DNA of 64,000 nt from the human T2T-CHM13v2.0 reference genome, Homo sapiens. Numbering within the stretch: position 1 is the stretch's first letter; each line of letters starts with the position of its first letter. Both the position numbers and the translations under genes were made by a program. Of the stretch, positions 1-15,172 are shown piece by piece. The stretch lies in NCBI RefSeq assembly GCF_009914755.1, contig NC_060947.1. One strand, given 5' to 3'. The notes under the pieces were generated by a model, which saw only the letters and a program-made list of their open reading frames with translations, was not told where the DNA came from and did not search any database.

Positions 1-2592
<2,592 letters not shown>

Positions 2593-3398
2593 CTGCAAGA
2601 GAAACAGAATGAGACTTTCCAGCCACAGGACCTTTGGTCTTGTGGAGGGAGAAATCAGTGAAGGCCGGCCACACTCAGTCACCTGGAATCAGGTGCTGCA
2701 TTTCTCCATCCGGGGCTTATCTGTTCCTGAGTAAGGCCATGGGGAGAAGTCAGATGAAAACAGGAAACCAGGGATCTCTGGGAGAAGTATTGATTGGGGA
2801 TAACAGGTTTCCTATGGGCAAAGCAGCCTTGAGTCTTTAGGAGGGGGTTGGCTACTCTTGTTAGTAGTTTCCCTGGAGCTAGCCTTGCCCTGAAAGATGT
2901 ACAGACCCTTGTTGGGGAGGCAAGGACATGACTATGTAATTGTATTGGGTGAGGGCGTGCTGAAATATGGGGTATTTCAAGATGCAGCAATCAGCCAGGA
3001 GCAGTGGTTCACGCCAGTAATCCCAGCACATTGGCCAATCCTCCCGCCTCGATCTTGGGACTACAGTACAGGCATGCACCACCCAGCCCCTACTAATATT
3101 TTTATTTTTGTTTTTTTTAGTGGAGAGGGTTTTGCTATGTTGACCAAGTTGGTCTCGCCCTCTTGGGCTCAAGCGATACTCCCGCCTCAGCTTAGGGACT
3201 ACAGGCATGCACCACCCTGCCTTTTGCTATGTTTCCAGGCTGGTCTTGACCTCCTGGGCTCACTCAATGACTTGAACCTGGGAAGCAGAGGTTGCATTGA
3301 GCCAACATCACACCACTGCACTCCAGCTTGGGCGACAGTGCAAGATTGTCAAATAAATAGATAAATAAATACATAAGAAAGAAAGAAAGACCAGCTGA

Positions 3399-4580
<1,182 letters not shown>

Positions 4581-4884
4581 CAGAACATGGCGAGGTGCAG
4601 TGGTTCATGCGTGTAATTCCAGGATTTTGGGAGGCAAGGTGGGCAGATTACTTGAGGTCAGGAGTTTGAGACCAGCCTGGCCAACACAGAGAAACCCCAT
4701 CTCTACTAAAAATACAAAAATTAGCTAGGTGAGGTGGTGGGTGCCTGTAGTCCTAGCTACATGGGAGACTGAGACAGGAGAACCCCTTGAACCCAAGAGG
4801 CAGATGTTGCAGTGAGCCAAGATCATGCCACTGCACTCAAGCCTAGATCACAGAGTGAGAATCCCTTTGGAAAAAAAAAAGGTA

Positions 4885-6880
4885 CACAACACTTCCATCA
4901 CCACAATGCTATTCCTTGTGCTACTCATTTTTAGTAATACTCACTCTCCTCCCACCCACCATTCCTAACCCCTGGCAACCACTAATCTGTTTTCCACTTC
5001 TACAATTTTGTCTTTTCTAGAATGCTGTACAAATGAAATCTTATAGTATATCACGTTTTAAGGGCTTATTCCACTCAGCATAATTCCCTGGAGATTCATC
5101 CAAACTATTAATATCTGTGTATCAATAGTTCATTGTTGCTGTTGTTGTTGAGACAGAGTCTCACTCTGTCACTCAGGCTGCAGTGCAGTGGAATGATCTT
5201 GGCTCACTGCAACGTCCGCCTCCCTGGTTCAAGTGATTTTCCTACCTCAGCCTCCTGAGTAGCTGTGACTACACGTGCATGCCACCACACCCTGGTAATT
5301 TTTGTATTAGTCATAGAGACGGGGTTTCAACATATTGGCAAGGCTGGTCTTGAACTCTTGACATCATGATCTGCCTGCCTCAACCTCCCAAAGTGCTGCG
5401 ATAACAAGGTAAGCCACTGTGCCTGGCCAATAGTTCATTTTTATTACTGAGTAGTATTCCATAGGATGGATGTTCCACAGTTTGACCATTCACTTATTGT
5501 AGGACATATTGATTATTTCCAGCTACTGGCTATTACAAATAAAGCTGCTATGAACAATTATGTACAAGTTTCTGGATAGGCATACATTTTAACTTCTCTG
5601 AAGTGTAATTGTTGAAATGTATGGTCATTGCATGTTTAGTTTTGTCAGAAACTACCAAACTGCTTTCCAGAGTGGCTGTAAGATTTTACCTTCCCAACAG
5701 CACTTAATGAGGTGTCCAGTTTCTCTGCATCCTCGTCACCATTTGGTGTTGTCACTATGTGCTTTATTTCATCTATTGTAATAAGTGTGTAGTGATACCT
5801 CACCATGGTCTTAACTTGCATCTAGTGAAGGAAATGAGGGTTGAACATCTTTTCATGTGCCTATTTGCTTATTTCCTCTTCAGTGAAGTATATGTTCACA
5901 TCTTTTCATGATTTTCTAATTGGATTATTTGTTTGTATTTTTTACCATTGAGGTTTATTATTATTATTACTATTATTATTATTATTATTATTGAGACAGA
6001 GTCTCACTCTGTTACCCAGACTGCAGTGCAGTGGCACGATCTTGGTTCACTCCAATTTCTGCCTCCCAGGTTCTAGCGATTCTCATGTCTCAGCCTCCTG
6101 AGTAGCTGGGATTACGGGCACGCATCATCATGCCTGTCTAATTTTTGTATTTTTAGTAGAGATGGGCTTTTGCCATGTTGCCCAGACTGGTCTTGAACTC
6201 CAGGCCTCAAGGGATCTGCCCTCCATCCACCTCGACCTCTCAAAGTGCTGGGATTACAAGCGTGAGCCACCACACTCAGCATACCATTGAGTTTTGAGAG
6301 TACTATACATATCCATTATATATTCTGGATGTGAGTCCTTTCTTGGATATGTGGTTTGCAAACATTTTCTCCTAGTCAAGACCCAGTTTTTTCATCCTTT
6401 TAACAGGGTCTCTTGCAGAGCACAAGTTTTAAATTGGATGAAATCTAATTTACTTGTTTTCTTTATGGATTATGCTTTTTGAACCATTCACTATACCCTA
6501 GATCTCAGACGTTTGTCCCATGCTTTCTTGTAAAAGATTTTTTTTTAGTTTTATATTTTAGATTTAAATCTATGATCCACTTGAGTTATTTTTTGTATAA
6601 AAATATGAAGATTAGGTCTTTTTTTTTTTTTTTTTAGCCTATGGCTCTGCAACTGCTCCAGCACCATTTGTCAAGCAGATGACCCTTCCTTCTTTTTGTC
6701 CCTGTAAAAAATCATTGTGGGGCTATTTCTAGGTTCTCTATTTTGTTCCAGTGATCTATGTGTCTATTCTTCTCCCAGTACTACACAGACTTGATTCCTG
6801 TAGCTATATAAGAAATATTGAAATATGGTAGAGCCATTCCTCCCACCTTATTCTTCCTTTCCAAAAATTGTCTTAGCTAC
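4885..6880 (-). mobile_element. Old L1 (L1M-type) 3' region fragmented by Alus; paralog at ~49045-51020
   Basis: cccctggcaaccactaatctg, aaagctgctatgaaca and tctggatgtgagtcctttcttggatatgtggtttgcaaac motifs typical of antisense L1M. Confidence 0.75.
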
Positions 6881-7858
6881 ATATATATATATTGAGATGC
6901 AGTCTGACTTGTGTTGCCCAAGCTGGAGCGCACTGGGGTGATCTCGGCTCACTGCAACCTCCACCTCCAGGGTTCAAGTGATTCTCCTGTCTCAGCTTCC
7001 TGAGTAGCTGGGATTACAGGCATGCGCCACCACACACGGCTAATTTTTTTATTTTTAGTAGAGAGGGGGTTTCGCCATGTTGACCAGGCTGGTCTTGAAC
7101 TCCTGACCTCAAGTGATCCGCCTGTCTTGGCCTCCCAAAGTGCTGGGATTACAGGCCTGAGCCACTGCGCCCAGTGTTGTCTAAGCTATTGGAAACTTGT
7201 TACAGCAGCAATCAAAAATGAAAACACATGGAAACATTTATTAGTGAAACAAAATAGAAAGTCAAAAAACAGACTGATCTATATGCAAACTTCAGCATGC
7301 ATTTCCAAACAGTGGGCAACAGATGATGGGTTGTATAATAAATGATTGCTTGACAAGTGTCTATCCATTTCAAAAACTAAAGATGAAATCCTTACTTTGA
7401 AGCATATAAAATAATAAATTCTAAAAATTCAGTGACTTAAATGTGAAAACGTGAAATCATAAAGAACTAGATGAAAATTTAGGAAAATATTACAGTGTAA
7501 GACATCCTGAGTTGGCATAGGAACTTCCTGACATTACTCCAAGGCTATAAACAATGAATCTGACATAAAGATGCAAAAATTAAAGTATCATCTAATTCAA
7601 AAGACACCATAAACAACTGTTTAAAAAGGCAAATGTTGGGGAAATTGGTGAAGCATCCCCAATAAACTAACAGTAACTATCTCTAATATACAACAAAGCT
7701 TTTGCATATCAATAAGAGAAACTGGAACAACTCAATGAAAAAATGTGTTCAGGCATGGCACTACTTCACTGTATAGCACAAAAGGATTATGAAATAGAAA
7801 GTATAAAAGAAAAATAATAAAGGAAATGGAGAATAGATCCCAGAAGTTTCAAAGTTCA

Positions 7859-8266
<408 letters not shown>

Positions 8267-9123
8267 TCACCTGAGGTCAGGAGTTTGAGACCAGCCTGAT
8301 TAACAGGGTGAAACCCCGTCTCTACTAGGGTTTGGTGGTGGGCGCCTGAAATCCCAGCTATTTGGGAGTTCAGAACAGTTCCCAGTAACAAAACCCTTGA
8401 TGGTTTGGCCCCACTGGGGAGTGAGATGTCTTCGAGTGGGAAAAGGTCAGAGGCCACAGATGGAGGATCAGCCCAGTTGGAGCTTTCTAAGTTACATTCT
8501 TTTTTTCTCCTTGTTTTCTCGATGGCTTATTACCTGTTCTGTAAACATACAGAGCAGACACTTGGCAGGGCTGGCCCAGTGGCAGCCGAAAGTGGCCTGA
8601 TAACATTAAGGAATAGGGGGCTTGGAAAGCTCCTAGAGAAAGTGCAGACTCATCAAAGCTGGCCAGTAACTGAGCATTCCTTTCCTACCTCTTTCTCTGC
8701 CCTCTGAGCTAGGCAATTACAACCAATATCACCCATCCATAGACTCCCTCCACACTGTAAGGCAGAAATCCTATAAGCGTCTCTGGGGGCTCATAGGCTA
8801 GGGACTGGAAAGAAGAATTGGCTCAGCTCAGCTCTAGAGGCTCTATATCCTACGACCTATCAATCCAGAAACCCTGAAACTCATATGGAGTGTCTGGGCT
8901 GACACATCTTCCCAGGAACAAAGAGTTATACAGAAAAACTATCGGATAGGCCTGGCATGGTGGCTCATGCCTGTAATCCCAGTATTTTGGAAGACCAAGG
9001 TGGGACGATCACCTGAGGTCAGGAGTTTGAGACCAGCCTGGCCAAGATGGCGAAACCCCATCTCTACTAAAAATACAAAATTAGCTGTGTGTGGTGGTGC
9101 ACGCCTGTAATCCCAGTTACTCA

Positions 9124-9420
<297 letters not shown>

Positions 9421-9919
9421 TCAGGAGGCTGAAGCACAAGAATCACTTGAACCTGGGAGGTGGAGGTTGCAGTAAGCAACCTTGCTTACTACAGTGGCTG
9501 GATCCCACCACTGCACTCCAACCTGGGCGACAGAGGAAGACTCCATCTCAGAAAACAAAAACAAAAACCTAATAAATGCAGTTAGGAAACTATCTTAAAA
9601 CACAAAATCCCCGTTTTTTTAGACTGATTGTTTAAAAGATAAAGAAAAACAGATCAACATGTTAAGAAAACCTATTTCAAAACGAGAGGAGTAGACTCAC
9701 CCTGCTGCAGTGCACCCTTGACACTAATGGTCGATTTTTAGATAAACGGATAAACAATTTCTTTTCAATCACAACCAATCTGATCATATATAAGACTCCC
9801 TTCCCAAGGCTCATCCTTCATAAACCCTCAGCAACTTGCCTAGAAAGTCCATCATTTTTTATGCCCAGTCTTAGTCCCATAATTTTTCATTTTTATATTG
9901 GACTCCAATTCAAGTTCTA

Positions 9920-10673
9920 GTAAAATGTTAGAGGAAAAGGATAAACTGAGGAAAGGACTGTTAAGCAAAAAGGATCCAGGGAAATTCTCAGCCTATCAAG
10001 ATTGCAAAAGACACTAAAATTAGGAGAGGCACTGTCAGGAAGGTATGCTCTAGAGAGAAAGTCAAGAATGTGGCCATGTTTGCTAGTGCTGAAGAGATCA
10101 GGCACGTGACTCAAGGAGCTCTTCCACTATGCTCAGCCATAGCTGGTAATAGAAATGATATTATCTTGGAAGCTACACAAAGGACCTGCTGGCCTAAAGG
10201 TGTGAATCACTATGACATACATTCTGAGAGGAGGGCTATGGGACCAGAGGGGAGAGCTTCAAGCTACAGAGGATTATTCTGAGTACTTGAAACCAAATGG
10301 AATTTGTCCTGCTAGATTTCAAAATGGTTGGAAGCGGTGACTCCTTTCTTCCAGTTTCTCCCATTTGAAATGGAAGTATCTGTAACTATTATCCTACACC
10401 TGTCTCGCCACTTTATTTTTGGAACAGATAACTTGTTTTCTAGTGTCACAAATTCACAGCAGGAGAATTTTGCCCCAGGATGTTTCATAACCAGAGTCTC
10501 ACCCATATCTGTTTTAGATGAGGAGATTTGGTAATTTTGAGCTGATCTTATATGGATAAAATGTTGGACTTCAGCTAATGTTGCATGGTTTGAGACATTT
10601 GAGGATTTGGGGATGGGGTGCATGTATTTTGCATGTGGGAGAGATGTGAATCCTTGGGGGCCAGAGGGCAGGT
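9920..10673 (+). mobile_element. Older MaLR (MLT1-like) fragment
   Basis: Characteristic gcatgtgggagagatgtgaatccttgggggccagagggcag segment. Recognition only. Confidence 0.55.
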
Positions 10674-11200
10674 TGTGGTAGACTGAACAATGCCCCTCCA
10701 AAAGATAGTGACATAGTAACCCCTGGAACCTGTGAGTGCTAGCTTACAACAAAAAAAGTGATTATGTTGGCCAGGTATGGTGGCTCACGCCTATAATCCC
10801 AGCACTTTGGGAGGCTGAGGCGGATGGGTCACGAGGTCAGGAGTTCAAGACCAGCCTGGCCAAGATGGTGAAACCCCGTCTCTACTAAAAAAAATATATA
10901 AAAATTAGCTGGGTATGGTGGCGGGCACCTGTAATCCCAGCTACCCAGGAGCCTGGGGCAAAGAATTGCTTGACCTGGGAGGCAGAGGTTGCAGTGAGCT
11001 GAGATCACGCCACTGCACTCTAGCCTGGGTGACAGAGTGAGACTCCGTCTCGAAAAAAAAAAAAGTAATTATGTTAAAGCTCTTGAGATGGGGAGATTCT
11101 CCTGGATTATCTGGGTGGCCCCTAAATGTAATAATGAGTGTCCTTATCACATTGAGGCAGGGAGATCTGACACAGACAGAAGAGAAGACGGCAGTATGCC

Positions 11201-11550
11201 TGCCATGGTTTGAACGTCCCCACCAAAACTTGTGTTGAAATTTAATTGCCATTGTAACAATATTAAGATGTGCGGCTGTTAGGAAGTGATTAATGCCATT
11301 ATCATAAGAGTGGATTAGTTATCATGAGACTGGGTTTGTTATAAAAGGGAGCTTAGCCACATTTTCTCTGTCTGTCTCCTGCACTTGCTTTTGCCTTTCA
11401 TCCTTCCATCATGACACAACCCTCACCAGATGCCAGCGCCATGTTCTTGGACTCCTAGCCTCTAGAACTGTATACGTAATAAACTTCTATCCTTTATAAA
11501 TTACCCAGTTTGTGGTATTCCATTATAGCAACAGAAAACAAACGAAGGCA
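11201..11550 (+). mobile_element. MST-family MaLR solo LTR
   Basis: tgccatggtttgaacgtcccc ... cctttataaattacccagt...tatagcaacagaaaac. 5-bp TSD atgcc/atgac. Confidence 0.8.
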
Positions 11551-11586
11551 ATGACCATGGAGATAGAGATTAGAGTGATGCAGCCA

Positions 11587-11930
11587 TGTATTAGTCCGTT
11601 CTCACACTGTTATAAAGAACTGCCCGAGACTGGGTAATTTATAAAGGAAAGAGATTTAACTGACTCACAGTTCCGCATGGCTGGGGAGGCCTCAGGAAAC
11701 AATCATGGCCAAAGGTGAAGAGGAAGCAAAGACTTTCCTCACATGGTAGCAGGAGACAGAAGTGCAAGCAGGGGAAATGCCAGACGCTTATAAAACCATC
11801 AGACCTCATGAGAACTCACTGTCACAAAAACAGCATGGGGAAAACCCGCCCCCCCCGTGGGGATTTGTAATCTGTGGGGATTACAATTGGAGATGAGATT
11901 TGGGTGGGGACACAGAGCCAACCCATGTCA
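11587..11930 (-). mobile_element. THE1-family MaLR solo LTR
   Basis: tgtattagtccgttctcacactgttataaaga ... ggggacacagagccaacccatgtca. Perfect 5-bp TSD agcca. Confidence 0.85.
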
Positions 11931-12439
11931 AGCCACAAGCCAAGAAATGCTGGCAATCACCGGAAGCTGGAAGAGGCAAGGAACAGATTCTCTCCCAGAG
12001 CCTCTGGAGGACTACAGCCCCGCTGACAACTTGATTTCAACTCAGTGAAACTGATTTCAGATTTCTGGGCTCCAGAATTGTGAGAGAATAAATTGATGTT
12101 GTTTATGCCACAAAGTTTGTGGTAATTTGTTACAGCAGCCAGAGGGAATTTGGGGTGATTGTAAGGAGTTATGTAAATTATGTTAAAGAACCATTGCAGT
12201 TGTAAGATGCATTCATTCATTCAACAAATAGTCGAGGCAATATAGAAGAGTAATTAAAAGCACTGACTTTGAGGCCGGGTGTGGGGTGGTTCACTCCTGT
12301 AATCCCAATGTTTTGGGAAGCCAAGGCAGGAGGATTGCTTGAGGCCAGCAGTTCCTTCCAGATCAGCGGGGGCAACATAGCAAGACCCCATCTCTAAAAA
12401 ATATTATTTTAATTAAAAATAAATAAATACATAAATAAA

Positions 12440-12635
12440 AGCACAGACTTTGGACTCAATTCATCTTGGGGGTGAATCCCAGCTCTGTCACCCACTGACT
12501 ATGTGAACTTGAGCACACTGCTTAATTCTCTGAGCCTCAGTCTCAACATCTGCACACTGGGGATGATAATAGTATTTAACTCAAGAGAAGATTGTGAAAA
12601 TCAATGGGAAGATGCACATAAAGGGCTTTGTGCTG
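12440..12635 (+). mobile_element. MIR SINE
   Basis: MIR core gaatcccagctctgtcac..tgtgaacttgagcacactgcttaattctctgagcctcagtctc. Confidence 0.75.
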
Positions 12636-13635
12636 GGCTCAAGGGCCATTGCCCTGTCCCTGCCCTAACAGAGCTTGCTGTCATCCTGGGAGGATCTTAG
12701 AGAGATCAGGGCTGTAGATGGAAAGCCCAGAGAGGAAAGGGGACTTGTTGGAGGTACTAGGGATGGGGGTAGGGGAAACTTCTTAGACAAATTGACTTAT
12801 GAGCTCCCTGATGAACACAGTGGGCCTTAATTACATACTCTTTTTAAAACTATTATTATAAATATTTTTAATATCAATGGGTAAAATATATTTCTGCTTC
12901 TTTGGTCTTTTAGAAAAAAACATACATAGAAGTGTAGAAGTGGTTTTTTTGTTTAAATTTCTTTTTTAAAAATTTTTTTATAGAGACGGGGGTCTCACTA
13001 TGTATCCCAGATTGTTCCAGAACTCCTGGCCTCAAGTGATCCTTCCACCTCCTGCCTCAGCCTCTCAAAAAGTGTTGGGATTACAGGCATGAGCCACTGG
13101 GACTGGCTCACTGAAATTTTTCTTTCTTTCTCTCTCTCTCTCTCTCTTTTTAAAGACAAGATCTCGCTCTGTGGCCCAGGTAGGCAGCAGTAGCCAGATC
13201 ATGGCTCACTGCAACCTCGTACTCCTGGGCTCAAGCTATCCTCCTACCTCAGCCTCCTGAGTAACGGACTACAGGCACACCACCCCACCTCGCTAATTTT
13301 ATTTATTTTATTTTTTTGTAGAGAAAAGAGACAGGGTATTGCTGTGTTGCCCAGGCTGGGGTGCAGTGGCATGATCGTGGCTCACTGCAACCTCTGAGTC
13401 CCAGGTTCAAGAGATCCTCCAGCTGTGGCCTCCCAAAGTGCTGGGATTACAAGCGTGAGCCACCGCTCAGGCCCAAATTTCTTACGTCACTACAGAGTTC
13501 CTAGGAAAAATTCCATACCTGAAAAAGTTAGGAACTGACAGGAAGGATTTGAGATGATGACCTGCTTCATATACACTCCTTATTAAAACTGAACAACAAT
13601 CCACCACTGGGGGGGTAAGGGAGATAGGAAAAATG

Positions 13636-13940
13636 GAAAGAGAAAATCAGCGCATGCGTACTCTGATTTTGGAAGAATCTAAAGAGAAAATCAGAGCATG
13701 CGTACTCTGAACTTGGAGTAGCCAATCCCAGGGGATGCTTTAGGCGGGAAAATCAGAGTCTCTGCCTCCATTTTGAGAAGGTTCTGTCCCTGGAGCCTGG
13801 ACTGATAGACCCCACATCAGCTTGGCTTTTCCCACCTACTGTTCTGACTTCTGATTGGCCAGATGGAGTTCACTAACTGCCCTGATTGGTCCATCATCCT
13901 GGAGCAGTGACATTGCAGGATATTTTCTCCTCCTCCAGCC
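13636..13940. promoter_or_regulatory. SSX8P promoter cassette: NRF1-like gcgcatgcg (13650), CCAAT 13722, E2F-type ggcgggaaaa 13743, two inverted CCAAT boxes at 13854 and 13885
   Basis: Motifs read directly, immediately upstream of the SSX1-type first exon and conserved in the SSX7 copy. Factor binding is inferred. Confidence 0.7.
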
Positions 13941-14159
13941 ACACTTTGTCACCAACTGCTGCCAACTCGCCACCACTGCTGCCGACCTCGCCACCACTGC
14001 TTTGTCTCTGAAGTAGGTTCTCTTTAAGGGACACCCTAGATGGGCTAATCGGGGCAGATAGAAAAGGAGGAAGCTTCTGTAGGGCCGTCAAGTGCTTGGG
14101 GTTCCGAAAATCTTGAGGACTGAAAGACAACTAATGCCTTTCAGGACGATCATCATGGA

Positions 14160-15172
14160 GGATTCTCCCGCCTTGGCCTTGGGTGTACAGGCCTGTATCA
14201 TCCCACCCCTGGTATTTTTGGGGGGGGGTATTTTAGTAGAGACAGGGATTCGTTATGTTGGCCAGGCTGGCCTCAACCGCCTGGGCTCAAGCAATCCTCC
14301 CGCCTTGGCCTCGGGACTGCAGGCACGCACCACCCCACCCTCACTAGTATTTTTTTATTTATTTATTTATTTTAGTACAGATGGTTTCGCTATGTTGGCC
14401 AGGCTGACCTCGACCGCCTGGGCTTAAGCAATCCTTCCGCCTCGGCCCCAGGACTACAGAAGTGCACCATCCTGCCCACGCTTTTCTTTTTTTTTTTTTT
14501 TTAGTAGAAACCGTGTTTCACTATGTTGGCCAGGCTGGCCTCAACCTCCTGGGCTCAAGCGATCCTCGTACCTTGGCCTCAGGACTACAGATGTGTGCCA
14601 TTCTGCCCCTGCTAGTTTTGTTGTTGTTCTTTTTACTAGAGACAGGGTTTCGCTATGTTGGCCGGACTGGGCTTGACCTCCTCAGCTCAAGTGATCCTCC
14701 CACCTCAGCCTCGGAACTACAGGCAAGAACCACCTCGCTGATGTTATTTTTTTGTTGTTATTACTAGTAGTAGAAATGGGGTTTTGCTATGTTGGCCAGG
14801 CTGGCCTCGACCTTCTGGGCTCAAGAGATCCTCTTGCCTCGGCCTCCGGACTACAGGCGAGCACCACCCCGCCCCCACTAATACTTTTTATTTTATTTTA
14901 TTTTATTTTTTTTAGTAGAGGGTTTCGCTAGGTTGGCTAGGCTGGTACCGACCTCGTGGGCTCAAGCAATCCGCCCCCCTTGACCAAAGTGCTGAGATGC
15001 TACAGGCCTGTGCCACTGCCCCCAGCTAAATTTTGTGATTTTTTTTTTTTTTTTGTAGAAATGAGGGGTTTGCTATGTTTCCCAGGCTGGTCTCATCCTC
15101 CTGGGCTCAAGAGATCTGCATGCCTCGGCCTCCCAAAATGCTGGGATTACAGGCATGAGCCACTGTGCCTAG
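14160..15172 (-). repeat. Tandem array of ~8 Alu-left-monomer (FLAM-like) units, ~130 bp period, in SSX8P intron 1
   Basis: Repeated T-rich linker + tagtagagac..gctatgttggccaggctggcctc..cctgggctcaagc.atcctcccgcct.ggcctc.ggactacagg. Confidence 0.85.

Larger units (their letters stand above)
10674..12150 (+). mobile_element. MaLR MLT1-type LTR hosting an Alu (10769-11063), an MST LTR and a THE1 LTR
   Basis: tgtggtagactgaacaatgcccc start and aaagtttgtggtaatttgttacagcagcc end. Subfamily not determined. Confidence 0.75.

Noticed and set aside
8365-8950. ORFs repeated at 8397-8707, 52934-53277 and 60548-60767
   Set aside because: Segmental-duplication copies with inconsistent stops; no splice structure or known domain that I can support.
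14160-15172. Regularly spaced repeats superficially resembling a CRISPR-like repeat-spacer array
   Set aside because: The units are degenerate Alu monomers and the spacers are their T-rich tails. This is human DNA with no cas genes.
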